Shown piece after piece: positions 1 through 21,000 of a stretch of DNA of 64,000 nucleotides. The position numbers and the translations under genes were made by a program. Positions within the stretch are counted from its first letter, which is position 1. Every line of letters starts with the position of its first letter. The notes under the pieces are model-generated. The model made no database searches. It was not told where the DNA came from and saw only the letters and a list, made by a program, of their open reading frames with translations. Origin of the DNA: Tubulanus polymorphus. Taxonomy: Eukaryota; Animalia; Nemertea. The DNA is taken from the NCBI RefSeq assembly GCF_964204645.1, contig NC_134027.1, positions 1,520,485-1,584,484 of the forward strand, in the 5' to 3' direction.

Positions 1-132
1 AAGGTACGTTTATGAAAAAATAAGCTTGCATAGGCTGACAATAACCCTGCAAAATGTCTTACATGACTCTTATGGCTGAGATTGAAGTAAAATTTTCTGT
101 GAAATTAAAATGGTTGCCTATTTCATTTTCAG

Positions 133-1046
<914 letters not shown>

Positions 1047-1508
1047 CTTTGGTCCAGCCAGTTTAGATTGTACAAAATACTAGTTTTAATGTAATATATG
1101 TAAATCATAAATAAATAAATTATTCAAAATATATGAAATAAGGAATCAAGACTTTTGTTTTATGTCTCAGAATATTTGGGTCTTCTCCTATGCTTTAGCT
1201 GCTTGACCACTAATTTCATATTCCTTGCTTGTCTTGACGATGGTCTGATTAAAGCTCTAAAATCTAAACACATCAAAGAGTTAAGCCTATAATATGAGAC
1301 ATTTTGAAATTAGATTTTCTAAACCATGAACAAATTTCACTGTTTTTCATTAGTTTCTATTGTATCAAAATAAAATATGAGTTTTATTGATCCGTATATT
1401 AGTGCATACCCAGTAATGCCAAATCCGCGTATTAGCGTTTGATAGATAGACGGCGCTTTGCTTGATTATCGGTGATTTTGGGGCCGAATTTCAGTAGATC
1501 TTGTCGAG

Positions 1509-7284
<5,776 letters not shown>

Positions 7285-9653
7285 TATGTTTATCATCGAT
7301 GAAAACTACTTGTTATACGCATTAAACTGTTTAAATACACCAAAAACATTTCTGCATGAAAAATAGTTGCAAAAGTGGCAGAAAATATGATTCACGAAAT
7401 TGAAAACAAAAAACTTAAATTCTAAGCTGAAAATTGTTTTTGCGGGGATATTTGTAAATCGGCACTGTAGAATTGTAAAAGGCCACACAGATTGTTGTTG
7501 TGCTTCTTTAGTGTTTTTGCGACATAACAAAACAATTCATGGGAAACTATTATGATACGACAGAAAGAGGCATTTCAACTTCCAATTAATGTAGCTCATA
7601 AATAGCTCAGTGAATTATTATTCATATTTGTCAATGTAGAACTCTCCTCTATCTCGTAATAATTCAACTAAATTCATTGTCACTGAGTTCAGATTTTCTT
7701 GCTGGAAATGTAAATGTTAGATTGAGAAGAACAGTTTTTTTCTGTGATACTGCGTTTTTTTATAGATGTATCTGATTAAATAGTTTGTGTGTTGTATTTT
7801 CGTACTGTATATAAAATACTGAAAACCAAAAACCAATTTCAATGTTACCCACGAGAAAATCTATCTATGTTTTTGCTGCAGTCTTTGATTGAAAATTGAC
7901 TATGATTTTGACACTTTGAAATGGACAACTGTGGAACTAGTTTACAGATGAGTAAAGTTCGAGAGGCTAGTGATAGAAGTGTAGGTTCTCTACTGAAAGC
8001 AGACAGCCAATAGATGTTTGGGGAATCATTTGGCCAATCAAAATTCTCAATCACACTTGGTAATTATCTCTATTAGTCAATCAATCAAACTGTGAGAGTA
8101 AGAGATTGAAATTGAAGTTGGTAAAGATACCTTAGAGTTTAGAAAATAATGCAATAGGGATAGTGTTCAATTCCTTATTTACATTGTTTATTGAATATAT
8201 GTGCTATGATTTTGTGGTCTTTTTACAGCAAACAAAACCGAATGAAAAGCCACAAGTTCTAGTCTTTTTCATTTGACTATTTTCAGTGTGTAGGATAGTG
8301 AGAAATTTTAAACAGTTTTTTGCTGGCTGTGGTAAATATACAAGTGTGTCCTATTATACTACAGAATGAATAAATAAACTGAATGTTTGTATAATAACAA
8401 CTCATAGAAGTGTAAACTATAAAAATAAATTAAGAAATCCTGAACAGAATGTATGTCCGTGTTTTCCATCTTTCAAGCATCTAGACTTTGAATTGTCTTA
8501 CAAGTTTATCTGATTTTTTTGTCACCGCGATAAAGTATGGTTATCAAAAGCAAATCGCGCATCATTTCTGGGTAATTTCTATATGTCCCACTCCATGAAT
8601 GAAATAAGTGAAATTTATTGGTTCCGTGATGTCCGGGAAAGTGAAAACTACTACTTCGTAAAATATCCATTAAAAGATTTAATTCATGCTCCAAAAATCA
8701 TTGAGAATAAAGTTTAATTTACTTTAAAATCATTCTGTGGCATGTGAGTTGGTTAATTTACTCAATGCAAATACATTCGCTTAGCAAATAGTACTAGTAA
8801 AAAAGGCTTGAAAATCGTTTGCAAAAGTAGAATCCCTTAAATAAAGTTTGAAAATTGATACGATTTCTCGTTAAAAGCAAAGTATAGTTGAATGATGAAT
8901 GAAATTTGTTTTTCAAAAAGAATCAGTGTTCCTCGCATGCCAAAGTAGAATAGCGAGGCTCTGTTACGTATCAGCCGTTAGGTGCTGCCCCATCGAATTA
9001 CGATAGCGGATTTTCAGTGAACTAAGCTACTAAGTAGTTAGACTGGTCGCCTGTCCATTTCTGCGTCACCTAGACTGGTTACCGGTCTCTATCTTCAATT
9101 AGAGACTCGCCACCTTCGGTCTGAGTTAGGCGACTATAGTCGAACTAAACGAAACCGAATGTCTGTTGGTCGGCACAATTTTTCCTATCACTCGTCGTAA
9201 TAGTTACCGATATGAAATTGATCGATTTTCCTCTAGAAAAATGAAGCTTTCGCAGAAAATTCCAAAACAGGTTCATTCCACAAGTTCGAATTCTGAGTAT
9301 TGTCCCACTGAAGTTCTCTTCGTCAAAGAAGGCTGAAAATCGAATCTTAGTCTTAGAAGTTTTCCTCAATGTCCAAGAAAAATGGGCCTGCTGCTTTTAA
9401 GGGTTCGAATCCAGCCCGAGTTTTCCTGTGTTCACTGACGAAGCCTGCGACAGTGGGTCCGAATCAGGAATTAAAACACGATTTTCCCTTATTCCATAGA
9501 GCTTGGGGTATAAACCGGGTTTAGAATAATTATAACGAGACAAGTATAAGTATACAATATAGGTTTATTTGACGCACAAGCTTTCGCTACTAATCAGTAT
9601 TTATAGGCAGACTGACACTAATTAGAGAGAACCGCGTGAGAAGAGTAATTACA

Positions 9654-9795
9654 AATACATAATACAATACATATTACAATACATGGTACAATACATAATA
9701 CAATACATGGTACAATACATATTACAATATATGGTACAATACATAATACAATACATGGCACAATACATATTACAATACATATATTACAATACATA
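9654..9795 (+). repeat. 12-bp minisatellite (CAATACATATTA-like)
   Basis: About 11 visible tandem copies with variants. Confidence 0.85.
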
Positions 9796-9869
9796 ACTAA
9801 GTGAGTTGATATATGATTAATTACAGAACAACAAAATAAGTGATGTATCAGGGATGCACAAAAAGACAA

Positions 9870-10045
9870 ATGAAATGGCGCGAGATTACTTCAAAATAAA
9901 ATGGCACGAGATGAGACTTCAAAATAAAATGACGCGAGATGAGACGTCAAAATAAAATGACGCGAGATGAGACTTCAAAATGAAATGCCGCGAGATGAGA
10001 CTTCGAAAAAATGGCGCGAGATTACTTAAAAATAAAATGGCGCGT
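9870..10045 (+). repeat. ~28-bp tandem repeat (AAAATAAAATGGCGCGAGATGAGACTTC)
   Basis: About 6 diverged copies. Confidence 0.85.
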
Positions 10046-11307
10046 GAAAAATTTAATTCTATCATTTTAATGTGTAATATTATATAAGTGTATATTTGTC
10101 TATTGTTTTCTATTTGTATCACTGTTTTCTGTACGTATTTTTTTTTTTGGGGGGGGGGGGTTAATTGTTAAACCACCTAGCTCCTCTACATGTGTAAACG
10201 TTTATGTAGTTTCTATTATGTAGAAAAAAGTTGTCAAGTCCAAATCGTCAATTCCTCATCCTACCAGCGTCACGCTTAACCCACAAAATCGTGGAAGCTT
10301 CGTTTTAAGGGGAGGGGTGAGGGTGGGGGCGTTGGATAATTGTGAAATATATTCAAAATACCTAGAAGAATTAACGGTTGAAATTATTATTTTAATTGGG
10401 GGGTCAAATAACTAGTTAGAACTAACATAAATTCTATCAATTCTATTTATCTACAAGAACTATTAGACATGTCATACAAGTCGCACCTGAATCTTTTCAA
10501 GCCACTCTGTCATCATCATTCAACTTCGGGTTCGATCTTCTGTTGCCCGGGGGTCTTTTTCTTCTCACTGAAATCATGGACGTATCAACTCTAGTTGATA
10601 AGTCCACGCTGAAATATGCCCTACCTTATTCAATTCAGACCGCTCTTTTTTTTCATCAGTAGGCGAGTCTGATGTATCTTCCATGAAGCTGTAACACTGG
10701 GTACCGGTACCTGTTAATTAAACCTAACCTAACCCTAACCTAAGGTGCAACTATCTTTTCCTAAATCTAAATCTAAACATAATTTCGACCGCTAATGTTA
10801 AATAAATGTTCCACCTACCTTACAGCAACCTTGTATTAACGCGGATGAAGCAGCAATTTGAAAATGTAATCCTTTTATTTAAGAGTCAATCTTAAAGTCA
10901 TTTTTAAATTCCGTGTCCTGTTGCCAAAATCCAGTTGTATTAGTAACAAATAGTTTATCAGCTCAGCTGCGTTTGGTTACAATCTAATGAAAATTCTCTT
11001 TTTCTAAAACGTGTCCTATCTGAGCTATATCCAGCGACAGAGACTTCTTCACCGCGTAGAATTTCCAAGTGTAATGACAACTTTTAGGAGCGCCCACCAG
11101 TTTTTAACTGACCCCCTTAAAATTCGTAGCCGGTGATTGGTGGGGAATGATTTCAAAAGGTATTACAGGTAGGTCACTGGCCATTCTTGAATTGTGGTCA
11201 ATGGCATCTTTTCTTTTGAAGTTTGAAAACGCTGAGTTTATGTGACGCTGATCGGCGATTATCCGGCCGGTTGCGTTGGTCTAGGCGTCGACATGAAGCC
11301 AGCCTTA

Positions 11308-11415
11308 AGCCGGGCGTAGGTCGGCCTTGCGACGGCTTGCGATTCACTGCGACTCGAATCACTGCGACCGCCAGCGACGATCGCGTCGCGTCGCAAGGTC
11401 GACCTACGCCCGCCT
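11308..11415. mobile_element. PIF/Harbinger-type MITE
   Basis: TIRs AGCCGGGCGTAGGTCGGCCTTGCGAC / GTCGCAAGGTCGACCTACGCCCGCCT; TTA on both sides; related element at 61053-61247. Confidence 0.7.
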
Positions 11416-11661
11416 TTAGGCGTCGCTTCGCGGAAGGAAGTTTAGAAAGTGTAAGGAAAAAAGTGTATTGAGTGTCAGAATATTAATAGATAGTATTTTC
11501 ACCCTCACGCAAGCCTCATGGATAGCGGAGCGGATGATCGGTTAAAAATATGCACGCCCATTCGGACAAACTGCTTTCATGGGCCACTGGTGGTAGTGTC
11601 TAATACTAAGCGAACTGCCCGAATTATGGATCGGAAAGTACGTTTATAAAGTCACTCACCA

Positions 11662-11846
11662 GTGATGAGTGGAACAAGACACCTCTAGAAAATAAACAGC
11701 TCCCACTGAGCATATCTTACAACTGAATCAGGAAATTTTTAGTTAAGGGTCGGGTAGAAATTGGAGAATTTTAGATTCCCTCTGATCTGTAAGAACCTAG
11801 TTTCAAGTAGGTCTTGGAGCACAGTTCAAGTTTTTCTCTTAAATCA
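11662..11846 (+). repeat. Interspersed repeat, copy 2 of 6992-7168
   Basis: Direct sequence match. Confidence 0.9.
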
Positions 11847-12461
11847 CAAACTGCAAGATCTCCACACGAGCAGACACTCGATAGGAAGCTTGTTTGGGAC
11901 TTAATTCCAGCAGGAGAATACAATAGGAACTTAAAGTTAGGAACTGGACTGTGTTTTAACTGGAAAGCTTAGATTAATTATAAAGATAAATAAAATTCGT
12001 TTTACTATACTAGGAAGTGGATATTTTGCCAATGCGGCATTATTTTAGTAAACGCTATTTTGCCAATGGCTATATATAATAAGATATAATAATAAAATAT
12101 AACAATAACATCATTATATTGGGTGTAGGGGTATTGGGTTCAATTGTACTTTCATATTCATTTCTGTTTTTACGTTTATAGTTAAAGAGCATATGCCATC
12201 AAAATAGACTATTGTGTAAGATTCATTTTCATATGTGATGTATTCAGTTATTTCACTAGACATTTAATGCGATATTTTATCGTTTTGGGAGAGATTTGAA
12301 TAGATAAATTCTTATCATTATATAGTTTTGCTACCGTTGTTTATGACATGATAATCGATATCAGTGAATCACTGTCGGTATATCTATATCACTACGATCA
12401 TTCTCAGGACACAATTTTTTCTTGCGCAGTGTTTAAGTCCATCATAGTAACCTCGCGAAAA

Positions 12462-13641
12462 ATGGCTGACCACGGAACCGATAATTGTAACTATTTCTTA
12501 TAATTTTGAATATCGTGCTTATATATTCAACGTCGTGCTTATATATTAATATATTTTCTATTACGGTACGTGAAACAAAAGTTGTTTCGTTCTTATTTCA
12601 GCTGTAGAAAGAAGTCTGAAGATTCGACAGATAATATCCAGCGTTGCAGCCGTTCTTGTTACTGTTGCGCAGTGTATCATTCTAGATGTGTTCATCTTTG
12701 AATTTCCACAGGTTATTCCGTGTTTTTATTTACTTTGCGTCGCGGACTTTCTTGTTGTTTTACTGCTTATTGCTGCATGCGCGATGTCCTACGTGTGCTT
12801 CATCAACAACAGAAAAGCCTCCTTCGCTAAATACGTAAAATGCACCAAATTCCTCGGATACCTACCACTAGCGAGTTTATCCTGGTTGGCATATGCTACT
12901 GTGATGATTGCGAAAATTACAATAGGGTACCAGGAATTCGCGAATTTGCTTGTACACTCCGAATCCAAATTCTATTATCCGAGCGTTTTCAAATTCGCCA
13001 TCGCTGTGTCGGCACCTATACTACTACTGATGTTCTCCTGCCATTATAATCCATCGATGTTAAAGGATGACAAAAAACACGACGAAGGAAATGAAGACAA
13101 AGGACATGACAACAAAGACGAAAATGTAAGGATCTTTGCACTTTTTACTGCGGTTATGTTTGACATTCTAGATAGCGTTGAGTTTATGGAGGTGCTTCTC
13201 GTTCGAGATTCTAATATCATTTCAAAAATGACTTTCAACCTGGAACGTTCGATTCTTGCATTTCCTCTGATTGGTTTCATTTTGCCCGTTTTGCCATTAC
13301 TCATTCTAAGCCATTCATACGTATGCATATCGGGCCAGGTGAATCAGCGGAAATGTGCAATTAAAGCAAGATTGTGGCTGCGGATCGCGCATTCATTGTG
13401 CTTTATACTGTTGATCAATATCCCGTTTTTCGTGCTTAGGGCATATTTATGGGGGGAAACGCATCTGGTCCTGTCATCGTTTGTCATGAAGAACATGATT
13501 CTGATTGTTCTCGGAGGTTATAAGGCGATCGTTGAATTGTTAAATAAACTGAAAATTAAATGTGGCACCAACAACCAATCAGACAGGACCGAATCAAGCC
13601 CACATCCTGAAAATTCCAATTTGTACGATTCAAGAGTCTAG
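12462..13641 (+). CDS. TMEM121/CECR6-family multi-pass membrane protein (exons 12462-12486, 12602-13641)
   Basis: Micro-exon MADHGTDN (phase 1) joins in frame to SVERSLKIRQ..QCIILDVF; several TM helices; family-like motifs LPLASLSWLAY, FDILDSVEF, NIPFFVLRAYLW, SSFVMKN. Confidence 0.75.
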
Positions 13642-14828
13642 TATGAACACGTTACGTACCACGTGTTACAGTGCGGCTCTCATGGTTTATTTGTTTGCTA
13701 AAGACATGCTTTCATCTTGATAGATTAAGTCAATTTTATTCCATATCTCACCTGCTTGATTGAAAACAAGGAATTCTTATTATATATAGGATAACAAATT
13801 TGTGTTTGTGATATTAATATTAGCCTAAAAATGAAAATGATATTATAAAAATACTCATTATATACCCCGGTATGTGTTGATTGTCCTTACTTTACAAAAC
13901 TATGCTCACTATACTGTAAATCGGCAAGTATTATCAGCCATGCCGTGATCTTTAATTCTTTTGGTATCTAAGTTCTACCATTCAATATAATAAAGTAGCT
14001 TGCTTTCGATGTACATAAGTCTTGTGTTTTTCTCCTATGAAGCCGTAGCAATCCGCTTGGCGTGCGAAGGCCATTTTACGAATGTGTCTGGGCCAAAGTC
14101 GTCTTGCATTTTCACTAGCCTCACAGGGACTTGATAGTCACTGATATCCAATATCAGTAACCAATATCATTGACCAATATTTATTTCTTTAATTATACAG
14201 GGGTATTGGAGCTGGTTATTGATATTGGTTTCACTACCGGAGTGACAATGACAGCGAAGTCCCAGGCAAAGCTAGGGCTCAATGTAGTGTGGGGCGTTTT
14301 ATCGATTTTTCTATCTGGATATTTTGAATATACAATACAGAAAGGAAATTCCATGAATTGATTAAGATATATCTTATTTCGTTAACTTTTGGATACTCCA
14401 ATTTTCCACCCGACTGGAACTGAACATATTACGGTCCATGTGTCCGGCCTGCTACAGTGACCCTAGACTGGTTGCCTGTAACCAGTCTAGTTTACGAATT
14501 ACTTTAGTTCACAGAACTTCCGCTAGGTGACCGTACGGTGCTGCCATCAAGTTTGCGCTTAGAAAACTTCAATTATTAATGATCTTAATTTTAGGTAATT
14601 TTAAATATTTATACGGTAGAGCCATGATTAATGTCAGAAATTTAAGATGGATACATTGTGAGATCGCGACTGGCGAAAAGTGATTTCTATCAGAGACGAG
14701 CTACGGTGATTGCGAATAAGTCTCAACCGCATTGATGATGGTTTCGCTTCCGGGTTCGTGAAAAATATAGAAATCTTTGAAAAAAACCAAAAAAAAACTG
14801 GAAATAATCGTGATTTGTGAGACGTGTG

Positions 14829-15347
14829 ATGAATGTTGTTGATGCAGCAGTCAGCAGCGATAAAGTTCACTCATACGTCGATGGAATTTTCGCTCTTTTA
14901 GATTCTTTATTGTCTCCGATCGAAGCCGAATCGACGTCGAATTCGTGGCTCGGTGGAGAATCAAGCGAGGAATCGAGATTCCAGCTGAAAATACTCTGTC
15001 TACTCGTGTTGTTACTCATTGCTAACGTGTTCGCAGCTGCGTTCGCTTGGAGTGTTTACGGTGAAAGGATATCGGATATGTTTCTATGGCCAAGTGAGTA
15101 AAAAAGTGGAAAACTTGGGCTGTGGCCAGCAGGGAGGGGCACCACCGTGGCCGTGGTGAGGGTTCTACCTTTACTGGCTCCATCCTCATCTGATCACTGT
15201 CAAACAAAAAACAACGTTTCTTTCCCATATTTGAAATGAATCCGTTTTGATTTTCCAGATGAAAGCAACGAAGAAACTTCAGAAGAGACAAATCCTGAAA
15301 ATACTACGAATAATGATATGAAAGATCAACATCTTCATAGAGAATGA
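14829..15347 (+). CDS. Small uncharacterised single-pass membrane protein, ~117 aa (exons 14829-15093, 15259-15347)
   Basis: Open frame with hydrophobic segment ILCLLVLLLIANVFAAAFAWSVY; donor A|GTGAGT and acceptor TTTTCCAG are phase-compatible and give an acidic tail NESNEETSEETNPE...HRE*. Confidence 0.6.
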
Positions 15348-15452
15348 ACTGAACATTATTATTTTGAAATTTATTTATTCAGAATTTGCCTTCAATTTTA
15401 ATTACTACAAAACCAGTTTGATTGTAGTTTAATTTCGATCACAGTTTCAATC

Positions 15453-17148
15453 ATGTCTGCGATTAAAAAGTTCTTCGAAAAGAAGAAAATGGAATTGAAA
15501 TTTAAGAAGTTGGGAACAGGGCATCGTTTAAATGAGGAATCATCGGGTAGTAATTCTATCGGCGCTACTGGTAGTTCGTCCGCTCGACCGACCTCCCCTC
15601 GACGAGCTCCGATCTCATCTGAAGCTCAAAAAGCTGCTGAAGCCGCAATGGCGCGATTGAATAAACCAACTACTAGAAAACCAGGTCAGCTTCTCACTTT
15701 CCACTGGTTTTACTTTAAATGATTTACTCTTAACTTTCTACCATTGTGCAAATATTATTGTTCATCCAACTCTCTGACCGGCCGAAAGACTCGTTTAAAA
15801 GTATGTATGCTGTATCTATGTGTGTTTGTAATTATAGTGAATTCGTTGGACGCCGAGAAACAAGCGATGCGTCGACAAATAGAAGCTGAACGTGCAGCAC
15901 ACAATAAAACAGCGGAATATTTCACAGGTCCTCGTGAGGTACGAGTCAAACTCGCTGCATAAATCGTCTTAGCTCGGACGATCATCGAGTTAGTTATAGA
16001 AATTGAATTAGAAACTTTCTTCGGTTTTTAAAATAATTAACCTAGTCGTATCTGGTCATTTTGGTTCTATTGCCAATCTAACAAATTAAGACCAGTGTTA
16101 AGATTTAAAACTACTTTTGTAATTGTAGGTTTGTAAAGACCATGCCGATGTTCTAGCCGGTGTATTCTTCAAGTGTCCGATGGTCGGTCCAGATGTTTTA
16201 CCGAAATCTGAAATGGAGGCGAAAATCAACGAATTCCTGCTGATGCAACTGAGCGAAGAACCGGAGATGGCTTCGGCGATGATGATTCATACTCTCAATA
16301 AAGACAAAGATAAAGTGAAATCGTGCGTCGATATTATTTGTAAATATTTGGATAATTTGATCGATAACGAGGGCGGCGAAAAATATTGTAAGATTCGCGT
16401 CGGTAATCGAGTATTTCAAGAGAAAGTGATCGCGTTAGAGGGAGTCGATGAGTTCATGCAGTCAGTCGGGTTTACGCGTCGTATGATCCCGAATCCGGAA
16501 ACGGAAGAGGAATTTTACGTGATTTCCGCCGAGCTGGCCGTTGACGTCGAACGTCTGTCGACGATCAAAGACGTTTTACTGGCGGCCGAACCACTCAGAC
16601 CGGAGTTAGATCGCGGATTACTTGTGTTCCGCTGCGGTGGCGCCACCGCTGCGGTTGCGCAGATCGAGCGCGTACGTCTGCCCGACGCGTTCTACGCGAT
16701 CTCAGCCGACGAGTTGAAACGTGAGCAGCAACTGCGAGCAGACGCCGTCGAGAAACTCGGCATGTTGCGAACGAAAGCGATGCGAGAACGAGACGAACAG
16801 CGCGAACTACGTCGATATCGATACACGCTCATTAGAATACGATTCCCCGATTCATTCGCGATTCAGGGGACATTCCGAGCGAATGAGAAAGCGTCGGCCG
16901 TTTTCGAGTTCGCTCGCGAGAACCTCGAGAATAGTTGGATGCCGTTTGTGTTGACGGTTTCGAGCGGACAACGAATCGACGATTCCGATTCGTCGACGTT
17001 AGCCGAGTTAGGATTAGTTCCGGCTGTCGTATTGAATTTCTCATTTGATTCAACGATTCAAGCTGAAGTCGCGTCTCAACGAGGAGCAGCAGCAGACGCT
17101 ATCGAATATCTTCGATCTGATTTAATTTCGTTGGCACAGAATTTATAG
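15453..17148 (+). CDS. UBXN6: UBX domain-containing protein 6 (PUB + UBX p97 cofactor); exons 15453-15684, 15838-15938, 16129-17148
   Basis: MSAIKKFFEKKKMELKFKKLGTGHRL, VIM-like AAEAAMARL, VFFKCPMVG, PUB motif EKYCKIRVGNRVFQEKV, LRTKAMRERDEQRELRRYRYTLIRIRFPD..QGTF, UBX LAELGLVPA. Confidence 0.95.
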
Positions 17149-18071
17149 ATAATTATTTACACGACTTTTGAACGAAACTGAAAATGCTTTTGATTTGTGC
17201 TAGTTTGAAAACTAATATCATTTAGAGATCATAAAATACAGGAAACCTCACCTGCCTCACACAAACAACCGGGACTGGTTAAATGGATCCTAGTCTGCAA
17301 GGTTTACTGTATTTATTTATTGATTAGTGTTTGGCAGCTTTATAAAAATGCAGAATACCTGTATACCAGTTGATAGAACTCCTATTCAGTATTTGGTTGC
17401 AACTCTTGTTGAATTTGAACCAAGAATTCAATGGTTACTTAAACAGATTCAACTGTAATCTTACATTTCACGACGCATGTTTTAAAATTTTTGACTGTTT
17501 TCCTATTTGCATGATTTATCCTGCTTATAAATGCTGGTTGTCGGTTGTTTCGGTGTAAAGGCACATTTAAGTTGAATCATCCATAGTTTTGTTTGGTTAC
17601 CTCGTGAAAAATAAGTATGTGAAAAAAAGGTGTAATATATTATGATAATCATGAACTATGATTATAAATGTCAATAAATTATCTTTATTTAAATGTTAAT
17701 TCCAAGCTGTTCTGTTTTACTAGTTTTTAAGGAGGAGTCAATTAGCTTCAGTCTTTATCTCAAATTACAATCCTTCAACTGACTGGGTTGGAATAAATGA
17801 TGGTAATGAATCGGATAGGTCAACTATGAGGTGGTGTTCATTTGGTCTAATCCTTGAAATGGAACCGAGAGCCTCTGGTCTCCACTGAAATTCTCCACTT
17901 GCAAACAATGCTCTGAGGAAAGCTTTAAAAAGACTCCAACAAGGTCAAGGACTCTTGATTTCATATTAACACTTAATTTCTTACATCACACAAAATTACA
18001 ACTATGATATTGATACATAAAGGATTTCTATAACTCGGATTCTATCCCGTTGCCAGCAGCAGACAGCATCT

Positions 18072-21000
18072 TCATCTCTGCCAGGAATTCATTCGCAACA
18101 TATTCTGAAGCTGCAGAAACAAAACGTAAGATTTACCACTTCATTGTTTTACACTGAACAGTTCTGCATCTTTCAGAATGTCAAACTTCAACTTACCACA
18201 GTTCCAGCACTCGATAATACATCTGATAGTGAACTACAACCACCTCTCATCTGAAACATTCACATATAAAAACACCCTGAATTTGTTGTGCCTGAAGCTA
18301 TGACAGAGATTTCAAAACCTCAATTAAATCTTTCATGTATTTTCGAAACAGGAATTACACAGGGAATATACAGTAGACACCTGACATAATCTCTTCACAC
18401 AAACACCAGATTATGAATCGAATAAATTCTAACTCTAATTATCACCTCACTCATACAAAAATCATTGTTTATCAATTGATTAGAGTCAACTGTACATTAA
18501 ATTCCTTGCTTTTCCATATCTCCAGATTGAACTTGATTGAATCAACTGTGTTTTTACCTGTTGAATACACTTGCCAGCTTTCTGCACTTCATTCAGTCTA
18601 CGATCTAAAAACATCCACGTATCTTTATGACCCTCAGACGTATCTTGAGTCATGTATATTTCACTAGTTTTATACACGTATGCCAACATAGCTCTCTTCG
18701 TGTACCAGTTCATCTGAAAATATAAAGTTATATCCTGATCGTTTCATAAACTTCATTAAGTCAAAATACGTGACTCGAGCCGAGCCTACAGAATCCACAT
18801 CCGATGACGCATTTCAAAGGGTTTCACTTACATCATGTGAATTATCACCCGCATAATACCAAATATCATCGACTAACCGGGTCAGATTCCTGAGGGCAGT
18901 CGGTGAATTCTGTGGTAACGCTTGTAATCCCATAGCCTGAAATAGTTCAACATTAATTATAAAACCTGAAGTTATTTTCAATCATGAAAGAGTTTAGAAT
19001 TTATTGCCTTTATTCTACCTGAGGCCACGTGTTGATGTATGGTATAATCATTTGTAGTCGAGTTTCCAAAGCATCTTTGATAAATACTGGAACTGGTCTC
19101 TTACTGGAAAACAACATCAATCAACTTCTATTTAGTCACCCAACTGTGGAACGGAGTCCAGAGTCAAGTTTAACCCTCTCAACTGTGGAACTAGCCATGC
19201 AACTGTGGAACTGGGTCCAGATTCCCATTAAACTCACACACCTGTGGAACTGGATCCAGAGTCGCATTAAACCCAAACAACTGTGGAACTGGATCCAGAA
19301 TCAAATTAAACCCACACAACTGTGGAACTTGGTCCAGGAGTCAAAAAACCCCACACAACTGGAACTGGATCCAGAGCCAAATTAAACGCCAGTTTCCTAG
19401 CAATTGAAAGTGTAAAATTCTTACTCAGTTTTGCCAGCTTTGATCTGTTGTGTTTCTACGCTGAGAACGTCTGCTAAACGTTTGTTACAATCAGTATAGA
19501 AATAATGAACCAACTCGATTCCACCTCGAGGAAACAGACCTTGCGTTACAGCCGGTAAACCTAAATCAACCGCACCTGAAAAAAACCCGTATATCGTGAG
19601 ATAAATGCGGAACTCAAGCAAAATCAACTGATTGAAATGAATAATTTTACTTTACCTGCTCCGATAGCGTTTGAAGTCCATCCATGTTCATGCACATGAT
19701 TCACAGCAGCTTCCAGGATCTTTCCCTTCAGTTCTTCTTCGGTATAACCTTCATCCGACGAACTAGAAACAAAAGATAATTTCTTCCAATCATTCATTCA
19801 TTGAGAATGACTGGAGCAGGTGATATCAATCTTAATGAAGTCACAGTACAGTAGACTGCTTCCCCCAAGTCACATGCTTTGGATAACCATGTCTAGCACA
19901 ATTTATAACAATTTCCAAACCAACTCATCTTGATAATGACCCATCCCTCCTCGGACTACACCTTACACGATTCTTGTCCGTGACTTGTGGTTTACCTGTC
20001 AGATTCACTGTCTGATGAAGAGGTACCTCCTGCTGTACTGCTACAATTCCTCAAAACTAGAATCCTCGCCAATCCTGAAGTAAAAAATTTAATCAGCATT
20101 GATCGGAAAATTATGCGTTAAGTCCACCGAGTCAGCAAGAATTTCAATTTCCGAGAAATTTTGACATAGAAGCAGAACCGGTGATCGATGAAGAACTCAG
20201 TCTTCTGAAAGGTTGGGGTTAAAGATATCCCAATAACCGTGACGACCTCCTTAACCTGACCCTCTCAGCTCTGCAAATTGACATCAAGGGTTTTTACTTA
20301 TTTCAATATAAACTACTAATAAACATGATGTTTGGAGTGAAGTAGATTTATTTAACCGATACAAGAAACCAGATTTTAACAATACAATAGAGTCGTTTTA
20401 CTCAATACAAGCTCAAAGAGCAGCTCTGCAGTAGTGAACTGTCACCTCAATTCCTGGGGCGGAGTTTAAACATACAGTCCGTGTATCACATGATCGAATA
20501 TGTGAATATGTTAATTCTAATGGTAACAATGATAATGAAGAGACTATTATTACAATCATTGAGAGTTCAATTTCTTCAAAAAAGTGTAAAACTATCCATA
20601 ATAACATCATAAACAGGTATTTATTATTAATCAATGCTGCTACAGTAGACTGTGCTCACCGCGAAGCTGCTTGCCTCGGGTTATCACATACCCCGGACTG
20701 TGCTTACCATGGAGCCGGTTGCCTCGGGTTATCACATACCCCGGACTGTGCTTACCGTGGAGCCGGTTGCTGAATCATACAATGTAATATTAAAATCAGC
20801 GCAAAGTCTACTGTATATTGCATAGTATTGAGAAATATAACATTCATTACAGGAAACTTTACTTGTTTCATTCGAGAAGATAAGTTCAGAAAAGAGCTTA
20901 AGCGTTCGGCCTCAAACCCTTTGATATATAGTAACTTGGCCCACACAAGATCGCTTCTAAAAATCTAACATTCAATCTTGATTTATCTGCATACATCGAA

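Noticed and set aside
9400-9470. GGTTCGAATCC B-box and CTGACGA motif
   Set aside because: No tRNA cloverleaf or A-box, and no intact GAAA hammerhead core; at most an eroded repeat
20219-20284. ATG-initiated short ORF as candidate COQ9 exon 1
   Set aside because: Reaches TAA before any phase-compatible donor; the 24580-24535 exon fits better
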